Source of the DNA: Mobula hypostoma
Lineage: Eukaryota
Assembly: GCF_963921235.1 (NCBI RefSeq)
Contig: NC_086109.1
Coordinates: forward strand, 18,354,001 to 18,418,000
Direction: 5' to 3'
DNA: 64,000 nt
Under the pieces are notes generated by a model. It did not search any database. It was given only the letters and a program-made list of their open reading frames with translations, and was not told the DNA's origin. Positions within the stretch are counted from its first letter, which is position 1. The number at the start of each line of letters is the position of its first letter. Shown here piece after piece: positions 52,858-64,000 of this stretch. The translations under genes were made by a program, and so were the position numbers.

Positions 52858-55800
52858 GGCCACTTAAGATACAAGAGACCACGCCAATTTAGCTACAGAA
52901 TATCCTTCACATATAAACACAACTATCACAAAATTGACACTGATTTGAATGCCAAAGTTTAAAAGTTGATACATCAAATGTAAGCAAAATCAGTTGTAAG
53001 TGAATAAGGAAATTACTCTAGGTTCAAACTTTAGAGGGTTGTGGGGAGGGATGGGCAACAGATTGAATCATTTGGAATGGCATCTAAATTCCACAAGTTT
53101 GATAAAATCTGGAGAGAGAGAAGTACTGCATTCATAAAACATAAGACATTAAGACCATGAAACATAAGAACAGAACTGGGATATTCCAGTCTACTCTGCC
53201 ATTCCATCATGGCTGATATATTATCCCTCTCAACCCCATTCTCCTGCCTTCTCCCCAATAACCAAGTATCTGTCAATCTTTGCTTTAAATATTACGCAAT
53301 GACTTGGGCTCTGCAGCACTCTGTGGCAATGAGTTCCACAGAATCATCACCCCCCGCCCCCCAGCTGAAGGAATAACTCCTCATCTCTGTTCTAAAGGGA
53401 TGTTCTTCTACTCTGGGGCTGTGCTCTCTGGTCCTAGACTTCCCTTGCGATGGGAATCATCCTCTCCAAGTCCACTCTATCCAGGCCTTTTAATATTCGA
53501 TAGATCCCCTCTCCTTCCTCTAAAATCCAGTGAGTACAGACTCAGAGTCGTCAAATGCTCCTGTTATGTTAACCCTTCCATTTCCAGGATCATTCACTGA
53601 CAATCGCCAACTGTGCCAATGTTAATACTGTGTGGTCAGCACCAAAACCCATTCAAGTATCCTTCATTGCCATCTATTTACTGCTTGAATATTGAGTAAA
53701 TCTATTTTGCCAGGCAGTACAAATACTTTTTATTTGAATTAGTAGACAGCTCCAGATTTATTATGTTATTTTATCATTGTCCAGAAGTAGCCATTTCATG
53801 CAATATTAGAATCTATTTTCATCTCTGTCATCAGGAAGTTGGCAGTGATTGGCATTCTCCTGTGGCTGCAGATCAAGTTGTGGAGGATTTTTGTTTTCTT
53901 GGATATTGATCCAGAGACAAGGAAAAAGTGATAAATGTCCAAATTAGGACAGTAGAAACCAAGCAACTCATGATGGCTTTGTGAAAGGATGTTTAGTGTT
54001 GTGGCTTGGCTTGGATGGTGATCAATCCATCTCCAATTCTTGAGCGTCCCAATCTTCTTGACTACAGAGATCCTGCAGAGGGTGAAAACCTTGATTCACA
54101 CTCACAAAATGCTGGACGAGCTCAGTGATCTGGCCTGAAGCATTGACTGTTCAATTTCTTCCATAGATGCTAACTGACCTCCTGAGTGGCTCTAGCATTT
54201 TATGTGTGTGACTACATATAGGGTGGCCTCATCCCAAGCAAGCAGACAGTACTTCAAACTCTTGATTCTCTCTGCTTGTCTTTGGAGGTTCAAGAAGCAA
54301 GTGACTCATTGCAGAAAATTCATCTCATGATCTTCAGTTAAAGAAGTCATACAGCTCAGAATCAGGTCCCTCGGCCCATCCAGGCCATGCTGAACTATTA
54401 TTCTGTTTAGCCCCATCGACCTGCACCTGGACCATAGCCCTGCATATCTCTCCCATCCGTGTACGTATCCAAACTTAAATGTTGCAATCGAACCCAAATC
54501 CACCACTTCCTCTGTTCCACACTCCCACTACACTCTGAGTGAAGTTGTTCCCCCTTGGGTTCCTCAAATATTTCATAATTCACTTTTAACCTATGGCCTC
54601 CAACCCTAGTCACACCCAACCTCAGCGAAAAAAGCCTGCTTGCATTTACCCTATCTATACCCCTCATAGTGTTACCTCAGTTTGTAGATAATTGATCAAT
54701 TTCAATTTCTACTCAGTGGTGACCAATACATCAGGGTTAGGGTTTTTAATAATGCTAATCCATTATATTTTAAGGGGACATGGTTAGACTCCTTATTGTC
54801 TTTGGAATGCTGATGAAAATGGAATTCAGAGCAAACAGCGTCACTCAACAGAGCTGGATTGTGTAAGCACGAGAGGGCAGATAGATAGATGGAGTAAAAT
54901 GTGAATGTGACTATTAGGGAAATGGATAATGCATTGAACGTGAGAAAATGGGCAATAATTATGGAGTCATACAGCAGAGAAACAGGCCCTTCAGCCCACT
55001 TCAGCCAGGCAGCCTAAATGGGTTATTTGAGCTTTCCACATTTCCCTGCATTTATCCCAAATCCCTTTAAAGCATTCCGACCTAAGTGGCCCTCAAAATG
55101 TCATTTAAACATTGTGGCTGTACCCGCCTCTCCCACTTCCTCTGGCAGCTCATTCCAGCTGCCCACCACCTTGTGTGTGGAGAAAGTGGCCCCTCAGGTC
55201 CCTTTGAAATTTCCCCTGGCACCTCGACAAGTGAGCACAGAGTGTGTAGGGGGTGAGAAGATGGATGGTGTACCGTGTCTGAGAGGGGAGGGAGGTGAAT
55301 GGCGTAGAGTGTGTGCAATCAGATGGATGGGTTCTAGTGAGTACGAAGCATGTGGAAGTAGTAGAGTTCAAATGCAAGATAGAAATGAAGGAATGTTGTA
55401 TAACCCACTAACTAAAGATACAAAGACTGAGCAGCAACTTGTTCCTACAGGTTAGTTCTTATTTGAATTGCTGGGTTGTAGAAGCTGTGGAACAGCTTTT
55501 GCTGGCTTTCCAAGTTACTGAGTGCAGAGCACAGCATCGCTGAGCAGAGAGATAGGAGGTTAAGAGTAACCAAGTCCTTCTAACCAAGAAACTACTTCAG
55601 AGGACAAGGAGCAAATACAGACACACCTTGCATCTCGGTTTATTGCAGAACATACTCCTGTCCATAAACATAAGAGATTCTGCAGATGTTGGAAGTCCAG
55701 AGTAACACCCAAAATACTGGAGGATCGGAGAGGAATGAAGAGTCAACGTTTCAAGCCGAGGCTCTTCATCAGCACTGCGGGACTGCACAGGCCTCGAACG

Positions 55801-58284
55801 CTGACACATTAATCCTCTCCTTAGATGATGCCTGACTGGCTGAGTTCCTGCAGCATTTTGTGTGTGTTACTCCAGGCCTCCAATAAGAAAGCAAGGACAA
55901 ATCACACACTATCCTGACTGAAGTGTGCATTGACCATAGCTTCGTTCATGATCACTGGGTCAATATCTTGGGAGATCCCTTCCTAAAAGCACCTTTGCCA
56001 CTCCCAACTCCCCACCCGCTTCTCAAGGTTAACCAAGGAAACTTGGTCTCACTCTCTGCAGCCTTCTCTGTAACTGATCGCCTGCTCACATTTCCAGTTA
56101 CGATGAAGAATCCTTAACCTAAAACATCAGTTATTTCTTTCCCCCCGACGTTGCGAGATCTGCTGTTTTTAGTTCAGATTTTCAGCTTCTAATGCACTTT
56201 ACTCCAATAAGCCTCATAATGATGACCTTACTAGCCTCAGTCACAACTTAGAACATAGAATGGTGCAGCACCACAAGAGGTTCTTCAGCCCGTCGTATCT
56301 GCACTGAACACAACGGCAAATTAAATTAAATCTCTTCTAGCTGCACCTGATCCATATCCCTCCATTGCCTGTATATTGATCCGTCCACCTAAAGTCACAA
56401 TCAGAATCCTTTATTATCGCAAAGTATGTGGACACATACAGGGAATTGGATGCCGGTTTCCCTGAGCTCTCGCTGTACAGTATCAAAAAGCAAACAAAAC
56501 AATAGTGCAAATAATCATGAACTATATACAATGAAGTATACCTGTGTATGTACAGGTGGACTTGGTTTATAATAGACTAAAATTCAAGTATGCATAAGAC
56601 TGATGGCATACGGAAAGAAACTGTTCTTGTACCTATTTGTCCTGGCATACAGTGATCTAAAGCGCCTGCCAGAAGGAAGGAGTTGGAACAGGTGATCTCC
56701 AGGGTGTGATGGGTCTACAATGATGCTGCTTGCTCGCTTCCTGACTCTAGGTGCATATAAGTCTTCTTAATCACTACCATTTTATCTGCTTCCACTACTA
56801 TCCCTGGCATCCCGCTCCTGGCACCTACCCTTGTAAAAAAAACTTGCCCTGCACATCTTTAAACTTCGCTCCTCGCACATTAAATCAGGGGTTCCCAACC
56901 TTTTTTATGCCATGGACCCCTACCATTAACTGAGCAGTTCTTGGACCCCCAAGGTGGGAACCAGATTTAAAAGCATGTCCTCCTCTATCTGACATTTTTT
57001 CACTCTGGGGAAAAAAAAGATTTTTTCTGTTATCCTACCTATGCCTCTCACAATTTTATAAACTTCTGTCAGAAGAATTTTGCTTTTTGAGAACAAAACA
57101 AGCTCGATGTTTCTGTGAAACAAGCTTTGCAATAAAATGAATCACAACTCAACTGGTTTGTTGAAGCACACTTTTTAACCTCAGTTGAAATATGGAGGAA
57201 GAGAGTGACAAAGAGTAAGAGTGAGGGTCTAAGGGTGAAGGAGAGAGGAAAAAATGACAGAGAAGGTGATGTCTACACACAGTTAGAGTGGCTGAGAAGG
57301 GAAATGAAAAAGATATGCACAGACAGAAAGAGGGAGCAAGAAAGAAGAAAGGCACACAGAGAGGGAGAGTTTGACAGGTAGATATCCAGATGGGTGTTTT
57401 AATATTTTATTATACATCCCAAAGCATTAGCACACGTTTCTCAAGTAAATCAATGTTCGCATAAATAGATTTAGTTTTGCAGGCTGGAGTTGCTATTTAT
57501 ACTATTTGCCTGGTGCAGCTGAGGAAAACTCAATGCAATATTTTTCCAGGAGTTTGCATTCATGTGGAACACTGCACAGTAATGAAGACAAGCCAGGCAG
57601 CTGCAGTGTGTACTTTATTGTCTAATCCCGAATCAACTGTGTGTATGTGTGGAGGGGTGGTGAGAGGAGAGAGAAAGAGAGATAGAGAGGCAGAGAAAGA
57701 GAAAAATAGGACAGTGTATGGTAGTACCAAGAAATGAAAATTAAAACAACTGGAGAAATCTGAAATCAAAGCAGAAAATATCAGGAACACTCAGCTGGTC
57801 AGACAGCATCTGTGGGAAAAGAAACAGTTAATGTTTCAGGTCGAAGACCATTTGTCAGAAGGACATCAAGTTGGCCCAATGTTGAGGTCTCATCCAACCA
57901 AGCAGAATTCAATTGCCACCTAAATGCTTTGCTTGAGTCTCTAAACCCTGATTTTTCTCTACAACAGTGAAAAGATCTCAAAAGTATCAAATTGTCTATG
58001 AAGCATGAGAATATCAATGAAGAATGCTATATAAATCTGGTCTTGCTCAGTAAGAAGCAACTAAACTGCAGCTGACATAAAACTACCAATGTTGCATTAA
58101 GGTCGCACTGACATATATCTGGGTCAGTGTGTTAAGAGACTGGCCAGAGCCCAAGAGTTCAAAAAAACGGGTTACCAAATTCTCCCTGCAAACAGAGCCT
58201 AGGTGAACATTTGAGAGATCAGAAAACAATTAAGATATTGTGACCAAAGGCAAGGAGTGAAGGTCAAGACATCCGATCATTCCT

Positions 58285-58610
58285 CCCGGGTGCCAGAGTA
58301 ACACAGTGGTTAGCGCAATGCTATTACAGCCAGGGGCGTCAGAGTTCGGATTTCCTTTCTAATGTCACCTGTAAGGAGTTTGTACCCATGGAATACGTGG
58401 GTTTCCTCTGGGTGCTCCGGTTTCATCCCCAGTCGAAAGGTGTACCAGTTAGTGGGTTAGTTGGTTGATTGGTCATTTTAAGTTGTTCTGTGATTTGGCT
58501 AGGGTTAATTCGGGGTTACTGGGCAGCACAGCTCAAAGGGCTAGAAGGGCCTATTCCACACTGTATCCCCTACGTAAAATAACATAAATCAATAAATAAA
58601 ATAAAAATAT
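58285..58610 (+). mobile_element. V-domain tRNA-SINE
   Basis: gtggttagcgcaatgctattacag head; gtgggtttcctctgggtgctccggtttc V-domain; (AATA)-rich tail. Confidence 0.8.
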
Positions 58611-59640
58611 TACCGGAATGATCAACCACACCTTGGAGGAACTAATGATTATCAGGAGTTAGCACAATAAGTCAAATCAGCAATTCATCTTGTCTTAGAT
58701 TGTGACAGAGTGCCTCATTGTAAGAAACTAAATTAAGTCCTATTGTGCCTACAATTCTCACTGTCCCTTGTCTCTGCAGCCACAGGTGTCAAAATTAATC
58801 ACATTTGACCATTATAAATAAAACAAAAAATCCTGGAAATAATCACCTTGTCAGGCAGCTTCTATGAAAGGAGAACAATTTATTTGTTTGATATTGATTA
58901 TTTTCCATCAGAAATATTTAATAGGATTAGTGCAAATTTGTCTTTAGTAGATGGCATGGACTTGAAGGGCCAAAGGGCTCCCTTGTGTGCTGTTTGACTG
59001 CATGACGCTGGAAATGGGGGGAGCACTTGTAGGTGATTACTGAGTTGGAAGGGTCAACATCATGAAGTAACTTGTGAACGGATGCTGATGTACATCAGCA
59101 GGTAACTAATGCAACTTGGTGTGTTAAGATTGTATAGTTGTTTGCATACACTTAACATATTTAATTAATTTCATTTTACTCTTCAAGTGGCGCGATAAAG
59201 GTGGCAGGAGACAAGTAGCAAGCAAGGGTGGATGTTCAGAATAAACATTTTTCATTGACCAATTCAGCAATTCAACAGTTCAGTTAGAACAGCAGTGCCA
59301 TAAAATTGTCATACTGCCTTTAGTCCTTTACAGCGCAGAAAGCACGTTCCAGAGTTCCACTCCTCCACATGTGAAGAAGTAGAGCTTTGTGACATCACAT
59401 CTCACTTTAGGCTTAAGATTTCTGCTGCTAAATAAAATGGCAATGAGAAAATTCACTACAATGATCCTAGGGGGTTTGTGCTTCCTCAAGTTTAGGTTGA
59501 CAAGTACGTTGTTTAAAATAATGCACTGGGGGAGAAAATTAGATTGATCTAGGAGTAGGTTAAAGGGTCAGCCACAATATTGTGGGCGTAAGGGTTTGCA
59601 CTGTGCTGTACTGTTTTATTGTATGTTCTATGTTCTAAAG

Positions 59641-59719
59641 CAGGGGTTCCCAACCTTTTTTATGTTGTGTCCCTTACCATTAACTGAGGGGTCTGTGGAC
59701 CCCAGGTTGGGAACCCCTG
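59641..59719. mobile_element. 79-bp hAT (Charlie-like) MITE
   Basis: Perfect 16-bp TIR CAGGGGTTCCCAACCT; 8-bp TSD TTCTAAAG / CTCTAAAG. Confidence 0.9.
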
Positions 59720-60105
59720 CTCTAAAGGGAGAAAGCATTGGAAGAAATCGAAACAACAGGGCACACCCATAACGCTGAATCCAAGAGATGCAACCATGAA
59801 CAAGGCACACCAGAATCTCTACTTTCTTCGAAGCTTAAGGAGATTTGACATGTCATTGAAGCCTCTGACAGCCTTCTGCAGAAGTGAAAAAGCATTCTAA
59901 AAATGAAAACACGAGGAAATCTGCAGATGCTGGAATTTCAAGCATGAAAAGGAAGAGATACAGTCGACATTTCGGGCAGAGACCATGACTGGTTGCATCA
60001 CAGCCTGGTAAAGAAACTCCAGTGCGAGAGGTTACAGGGAGTGGTGGACTCAGCCTTTTCCATCAGAGGCCCAGCTTTCCCCACCATCAAGGACACCTAC
60101 AAGAG

Positions 60106-60185
60106 CAGGGAGCCCCAACCTTCTTTATGCCATGGACCAACACCATTAAGCAAGGGTTCTGTGGACCCCAGGCTGGGAACCTCTG
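60106..60185. mobile_element. hAT MITE copy nested in a Rex1-like fragment (~59790-60540)
   Basis: Same body as 59641; TSD TACAAGAG / TATAAGAG. Further copies at 56886-56964 and ~46065-46130. Confidence 0.85.
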
Positions 60186-61391
60186 TATAAGAGGCAATGT
60201 TCGAGGAAGGCAACAGGAAGGACCACTGCCACCTGGGCCATGCCCTCTTCTCGATGCTGCTACTGGGCAGGAGATGCAGGAGCCTGAAGAACCCCCACCC
60301 CCACCTCAAGATTCAACACCAACCCATTATGCCTATGTTTCAAATTGACTTGTAAAACCTTAATGCCACCTCTTCTCTCAACTCACAATAACGTTATTAT
60401 GGTTAGTTTGTTGTGTAAGGTATGTATAATTTATGTTAATTTTAACATATGTTTGTTAAGTATTGTGCTGCTGCTGGAAAAAAAGTTTATTTTTATGGTA
60501 TTTACATCCTGGGTATGTATGTCCATGACAGAGAATTTGAATGAAATTATGATTGGGAGTAGGCTAATGAACCCTTTCAGCCAGCTTGTTTATATAAGAG
60601 ATACTGCAGATGCTGGAATCTGAAGCAAAAAGCAAACTGCTGGCAAAACTCGGCAGAACAGCCAGGATTTGGATGGATGAGTGGTCAGCCCATATCTATG
60701 ACTGTCTAGTTCCTTCCACCAATGCTACCAGACCTACTGAGTTCCATCAGCAGTTTGTTTTATTTTTTGACCCTCAATTAATAGTCAGCTTGTGAGCTCA
60801 ATCCTGCCCATGGTAACCTTTCATCCCCATGCTTATCATGAATCTATCAACACGTGTCTAACTTCAACAAAGGCTTGACATCCATAGCCCTTTGAAGAAG
60901 GAAGTTCCATAGTCATAACCCTCAGGTAGATATCTTTCTTCATTCATCTTAAACGGCAGGCCTCTTATTTGTGAAACACCAGAGGTCCTTTATTATCAGG
61001 TTCTCCTACAGGAGGAAGCATCCTCTCCACAGCCATTCACTCAAAGGTTTCTCAGATATTCCAACATGCAGGCACCTCCCAAACCCCACCCAGCTAATAG
61101 GATTCACCGGCCACCCGTTCCAGCCTCATCACCTGCAGCCTATTTAACCCCAGTTCTCGTCCGCAGTCCTTGTACACTCAATGAACCAGCCGCCCTCAAC
61201 CAGTTGCTTTTAGCCTTCCCGCTCTCACCTTTTTATACTCGAGTGGATACACGCCTAACCTGTCCAACTTCACAGGGCGGTATTACAGCAGAGCTGATTT
61301 AAAAAAAAACTTCATTCATAATAAAAAAAATTATTTACAAGAATAAATTATTCAATGCCTTTTCATTCTGTACATTCATAGTCAGTGGTTT

Positions 61392-63354
61392 CATAGAAAC
61401 ATAGAAACATAGAAAATAGGTGCAGGAGTAGGCCATTCAGCCCTTCGAGCCTGCACCGCCATTTATTATGATCATGGCTGATCATCCAACTCAGAACCCC
61501 GCCCCAGCCTTCCCTCCATACCCCCTGACCCCCGTAGCCACAAGGGCCATATCTAACTCCCTCTTAAACATAGCCAATGAACTGGCCTCAACTGTTTCCT
61601 GTGGCAGAGAATTCCACAGATTCACCACTCTCTGTGTGAAGAAGTTTTTCCTAATCTCGGTCCTAAAAGGCTTCCCCTCTATCCTCAAACTGTGGCCCCT
61701 CGTTCTGGACTTCCCCAACATCGGGAACAGTCTTCCTGCATCTAGCCTGTCCAATCCCTTTAGGATCTTATACGTTTCAATCAGATCCCCCCTCAATCTT
61801 CTAAATTCCAACGAGTACAAGCCCAGTTCATCCAGTCTTTCTTCATATGAAAGTCCTGCCATCCCAGGAATCAATCTGGTGAACCTTCTTTGTACTCCCT
61901 CTATGGCAAAGATGTCTTTCCTCAGGTTAGGGGACCAAAACTGCACACAATACTCCAGGTGTGGTCTCACCAAGGCCTTGTACAACTGCAGTAGTACCTC
62001 CCTGCTCCTGTACTCGAATCCTCTCGCTATAAATGCCAGCATACCATTTGCCTTTTTCACCGCCTGCTGTACCTGCATGCCCACTTTCAATGACTGGTGT
62101 ATAATGACACCCAGGTCTCGTTGCACCTCCCCTTTTCCTAATCGGCCACCATTCAGATAATAATCTGTTTTCCTATTTTTGCCACCAAAGTGGATAACTT
62201 CACATTTATCCACATTAAATTGCACCTGCCATGAGTTTGCCCACTCACCTAACCTATCCAAGTCACCCTGCATCCTCTTAGCATCCTCCTCACTGCTAAC
62301 ACTGCCACCCAGCTTCGTGTCATCCGCAAACTTGGAGATGCTGCATTTAATTCCCTCATCCAAGTCATTAATATATATTGTAAACAACTGGGGTCCCAGC
62401 ACTGAGCCTTGCGGTACCCCACTAGTCACCGCCTGCCATTCTGAAAAGGTCCCGTTTATTCCCACTCTTTGCTTCCTGTCTGCTAACCAATTCTCCACCC
62501 ACACCAATACCTTTCCCCCAATACCGTGTGCTTTAAGTTTGCACACTAATCTCCTGTGTGGGACCTTGTCAAAAGCCTTTTGAAAATCCAAATATACCAC
62601 ATCCACTGGTTCTCCCCTATCCACTCTACTAGTTACATCCTCAAAAAATTCTATGAGATTCGTCAGACATGATTTTCCTTTCACAAATCCATGCTGACTT
62701 TGTCCGATCATTTCACCGCTTTCCAAATGTGCTGTTATCACATCCTTGATAACTGACTCCAGCAGTTTCCCCACCACCGACGTTAGGCTAACCGGTCTAT
62801 AATTCCCCGGTTTCTCTCTCCCTCCTTTTTTAAAAAGTGGGGTTACATTAGCCACCCTCCAATCCTCAGGAACTAGTCCAGAATCTAACGAGTTTTGAAA
62901 AATTATCACTAATGCATCCACTATTTCTTGGGCTACTTCCTTAAGCACTCTGGGATGCAGACCATCTGGCCCTGGGGATTTATCTGCCTTCAATCCCTTC
63001 AATTTACCTAACACCACTTCCCTACTAACATGTATTTCACTCAGTTCCTCCATCTCACTGGACCCTCTGTCCCTTACTATTTCTGGAAGATTATTTATGT
63101 CCTCCTTAGTGAAGACAGAACCAAAGTAATTATTCAATTGGTCTGCCATGTCCTTGCTCCCCATAATCAATTCACCTGTTTCTGTCTGCAGGGGACCTAC
63201 ATTTGTCTTTACCAGTCTTTTCCTTTTTACATACCTATAAAAGCTTTTACAGTCCGTTTTTATGTTCCCCGCCAGTTTTCTCTCATAATCTTTTTTCCCC
63301 TTCCTAATTAAGCCCTTTGTCCTCCTCTGCTGAACTCTGAATTTCTCCCAGTCA
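61392..63354 (-). mobile_element. Young 5'-truncated CR1 LINE with uninterrupted RT ORF (622 aa)
   Basis: ORF 61491-63359 has KSPGPDG, NYRPVSLTS, YLDFQKAFDKVPH, SGVPQGSVLGP and KFADDTKL; (CATAGAAA)3 tail at 61392-61415. Confidence 0.95.
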
Positions 63355-63738
63355 CCCATTATGCTGTTCTACTGCATTCACGCACATCAACTGCACTGAT
63401 GGTGCTCATGAGGCACTCCAGGGTGGTATTCTGCTACAACTGAGCTGGGCTGCTCCCACACAACTCCAGTGATACAGGTTCAAACCTGACTGCTGCTCCC
63501 GTTTGTGTGGAACTTACACGTCCTCATTGTGATTGTGTGGACCTTCCCCGGGTACTCCAGTTCCCTCCCACTTGGCCGCTGGAAATCATCTCTAATGTCC
63601 AGCAGAGTGGGAGGAGTTGATAAGAATGTGGGGTGAATAAAACAGAAATATAATCTAAATGGGTGATTGGTGGTTGGTGGGAAGGGCCTGTTTATGTCCT
63701 GTATAGATCTGTAATCTGTTCCTCTATGCAACTTCATC

Positions 63739-64000
63739 TGTCAGGAAATACAGAGGAGGTTTGGAGCAAAATCAGAGCAGCGGGGACGGTTCAGCAGTGA
63801 ACGATAACTTCAATAATAGACCGCAAAACGATAAGCCACGAGGGGCCACCAACCAAGGCAGAAGAGAAACTAAACATGACGGGGAACCATGTAAACTTTA
63901 GGCAGGGAGAGTGAAAGCTCGAGGCCCCGGTTCGATGAGTGACTGAGGACTCTGGATGAGAACCGGGGTTAAATGTGCTGCAGGTGATGAGTCTGGAGCG
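63739..64000. mobile_element. Possible LTR-like repeat running off the window end
   Basis: Begins TGTCA and is CpG-richer than its surroundings. 63941-64000 is an inverted homologue of 61114-61173. Confidence 0.4.

Noticed and set aside
1..64000. CRISPR array, retron or other prokaryotic defence system linked to the RT ORFs
   Set aside because: The sequence is a spliced vertebrate locus. The RTs are ordinary CR1, L2 and Rex1-type non-LTR enzymes, and no regularly spaced repeat-spacer array is present.

Overview
This is eukaryotic, repeat-rich vertebrate DNA. The repeat content (V-domain SINEs with CR1-type tails, CR1, Rex1/Babar-like LINEs, Penelope-type fold-back pieces) suggests a cartilaginous fish, probably a ray; that is an inference. 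One host gene is well supported: the ETS ternary-complex factor ELK4/SAP-1 on the minus strand. It has four coding exons (32947-32741, 30466-29618, 25035-24919, 24503-24405; 423 aa; all phase-0 GT-AG junctions) and a probably long 3'UTR. No non-coding first exon or CpG-island promoter is visible, so 33-64 kb is probably intron 1. Most of the rest is transposon-derived: two young CR1 LINEs with long ORF2, an L2, Rex1/Babar-like fragments, Tc1/mariner relics and MITEs, hAT MITEs, SINEs and microsatellites. The most interesting non-genic signal is a family of short Penelope-like fold-back insertions carrying minimal type I hammerhead ribozyme motifs. These include a near-perfect palindrome with 257-bp arms and a 14-bp target-site duplication at 34819-35407. 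I found no prokaryotic-type system (CRISPR, operon, defence locus). Repeat family names come from recognition by eye, not from database searches.
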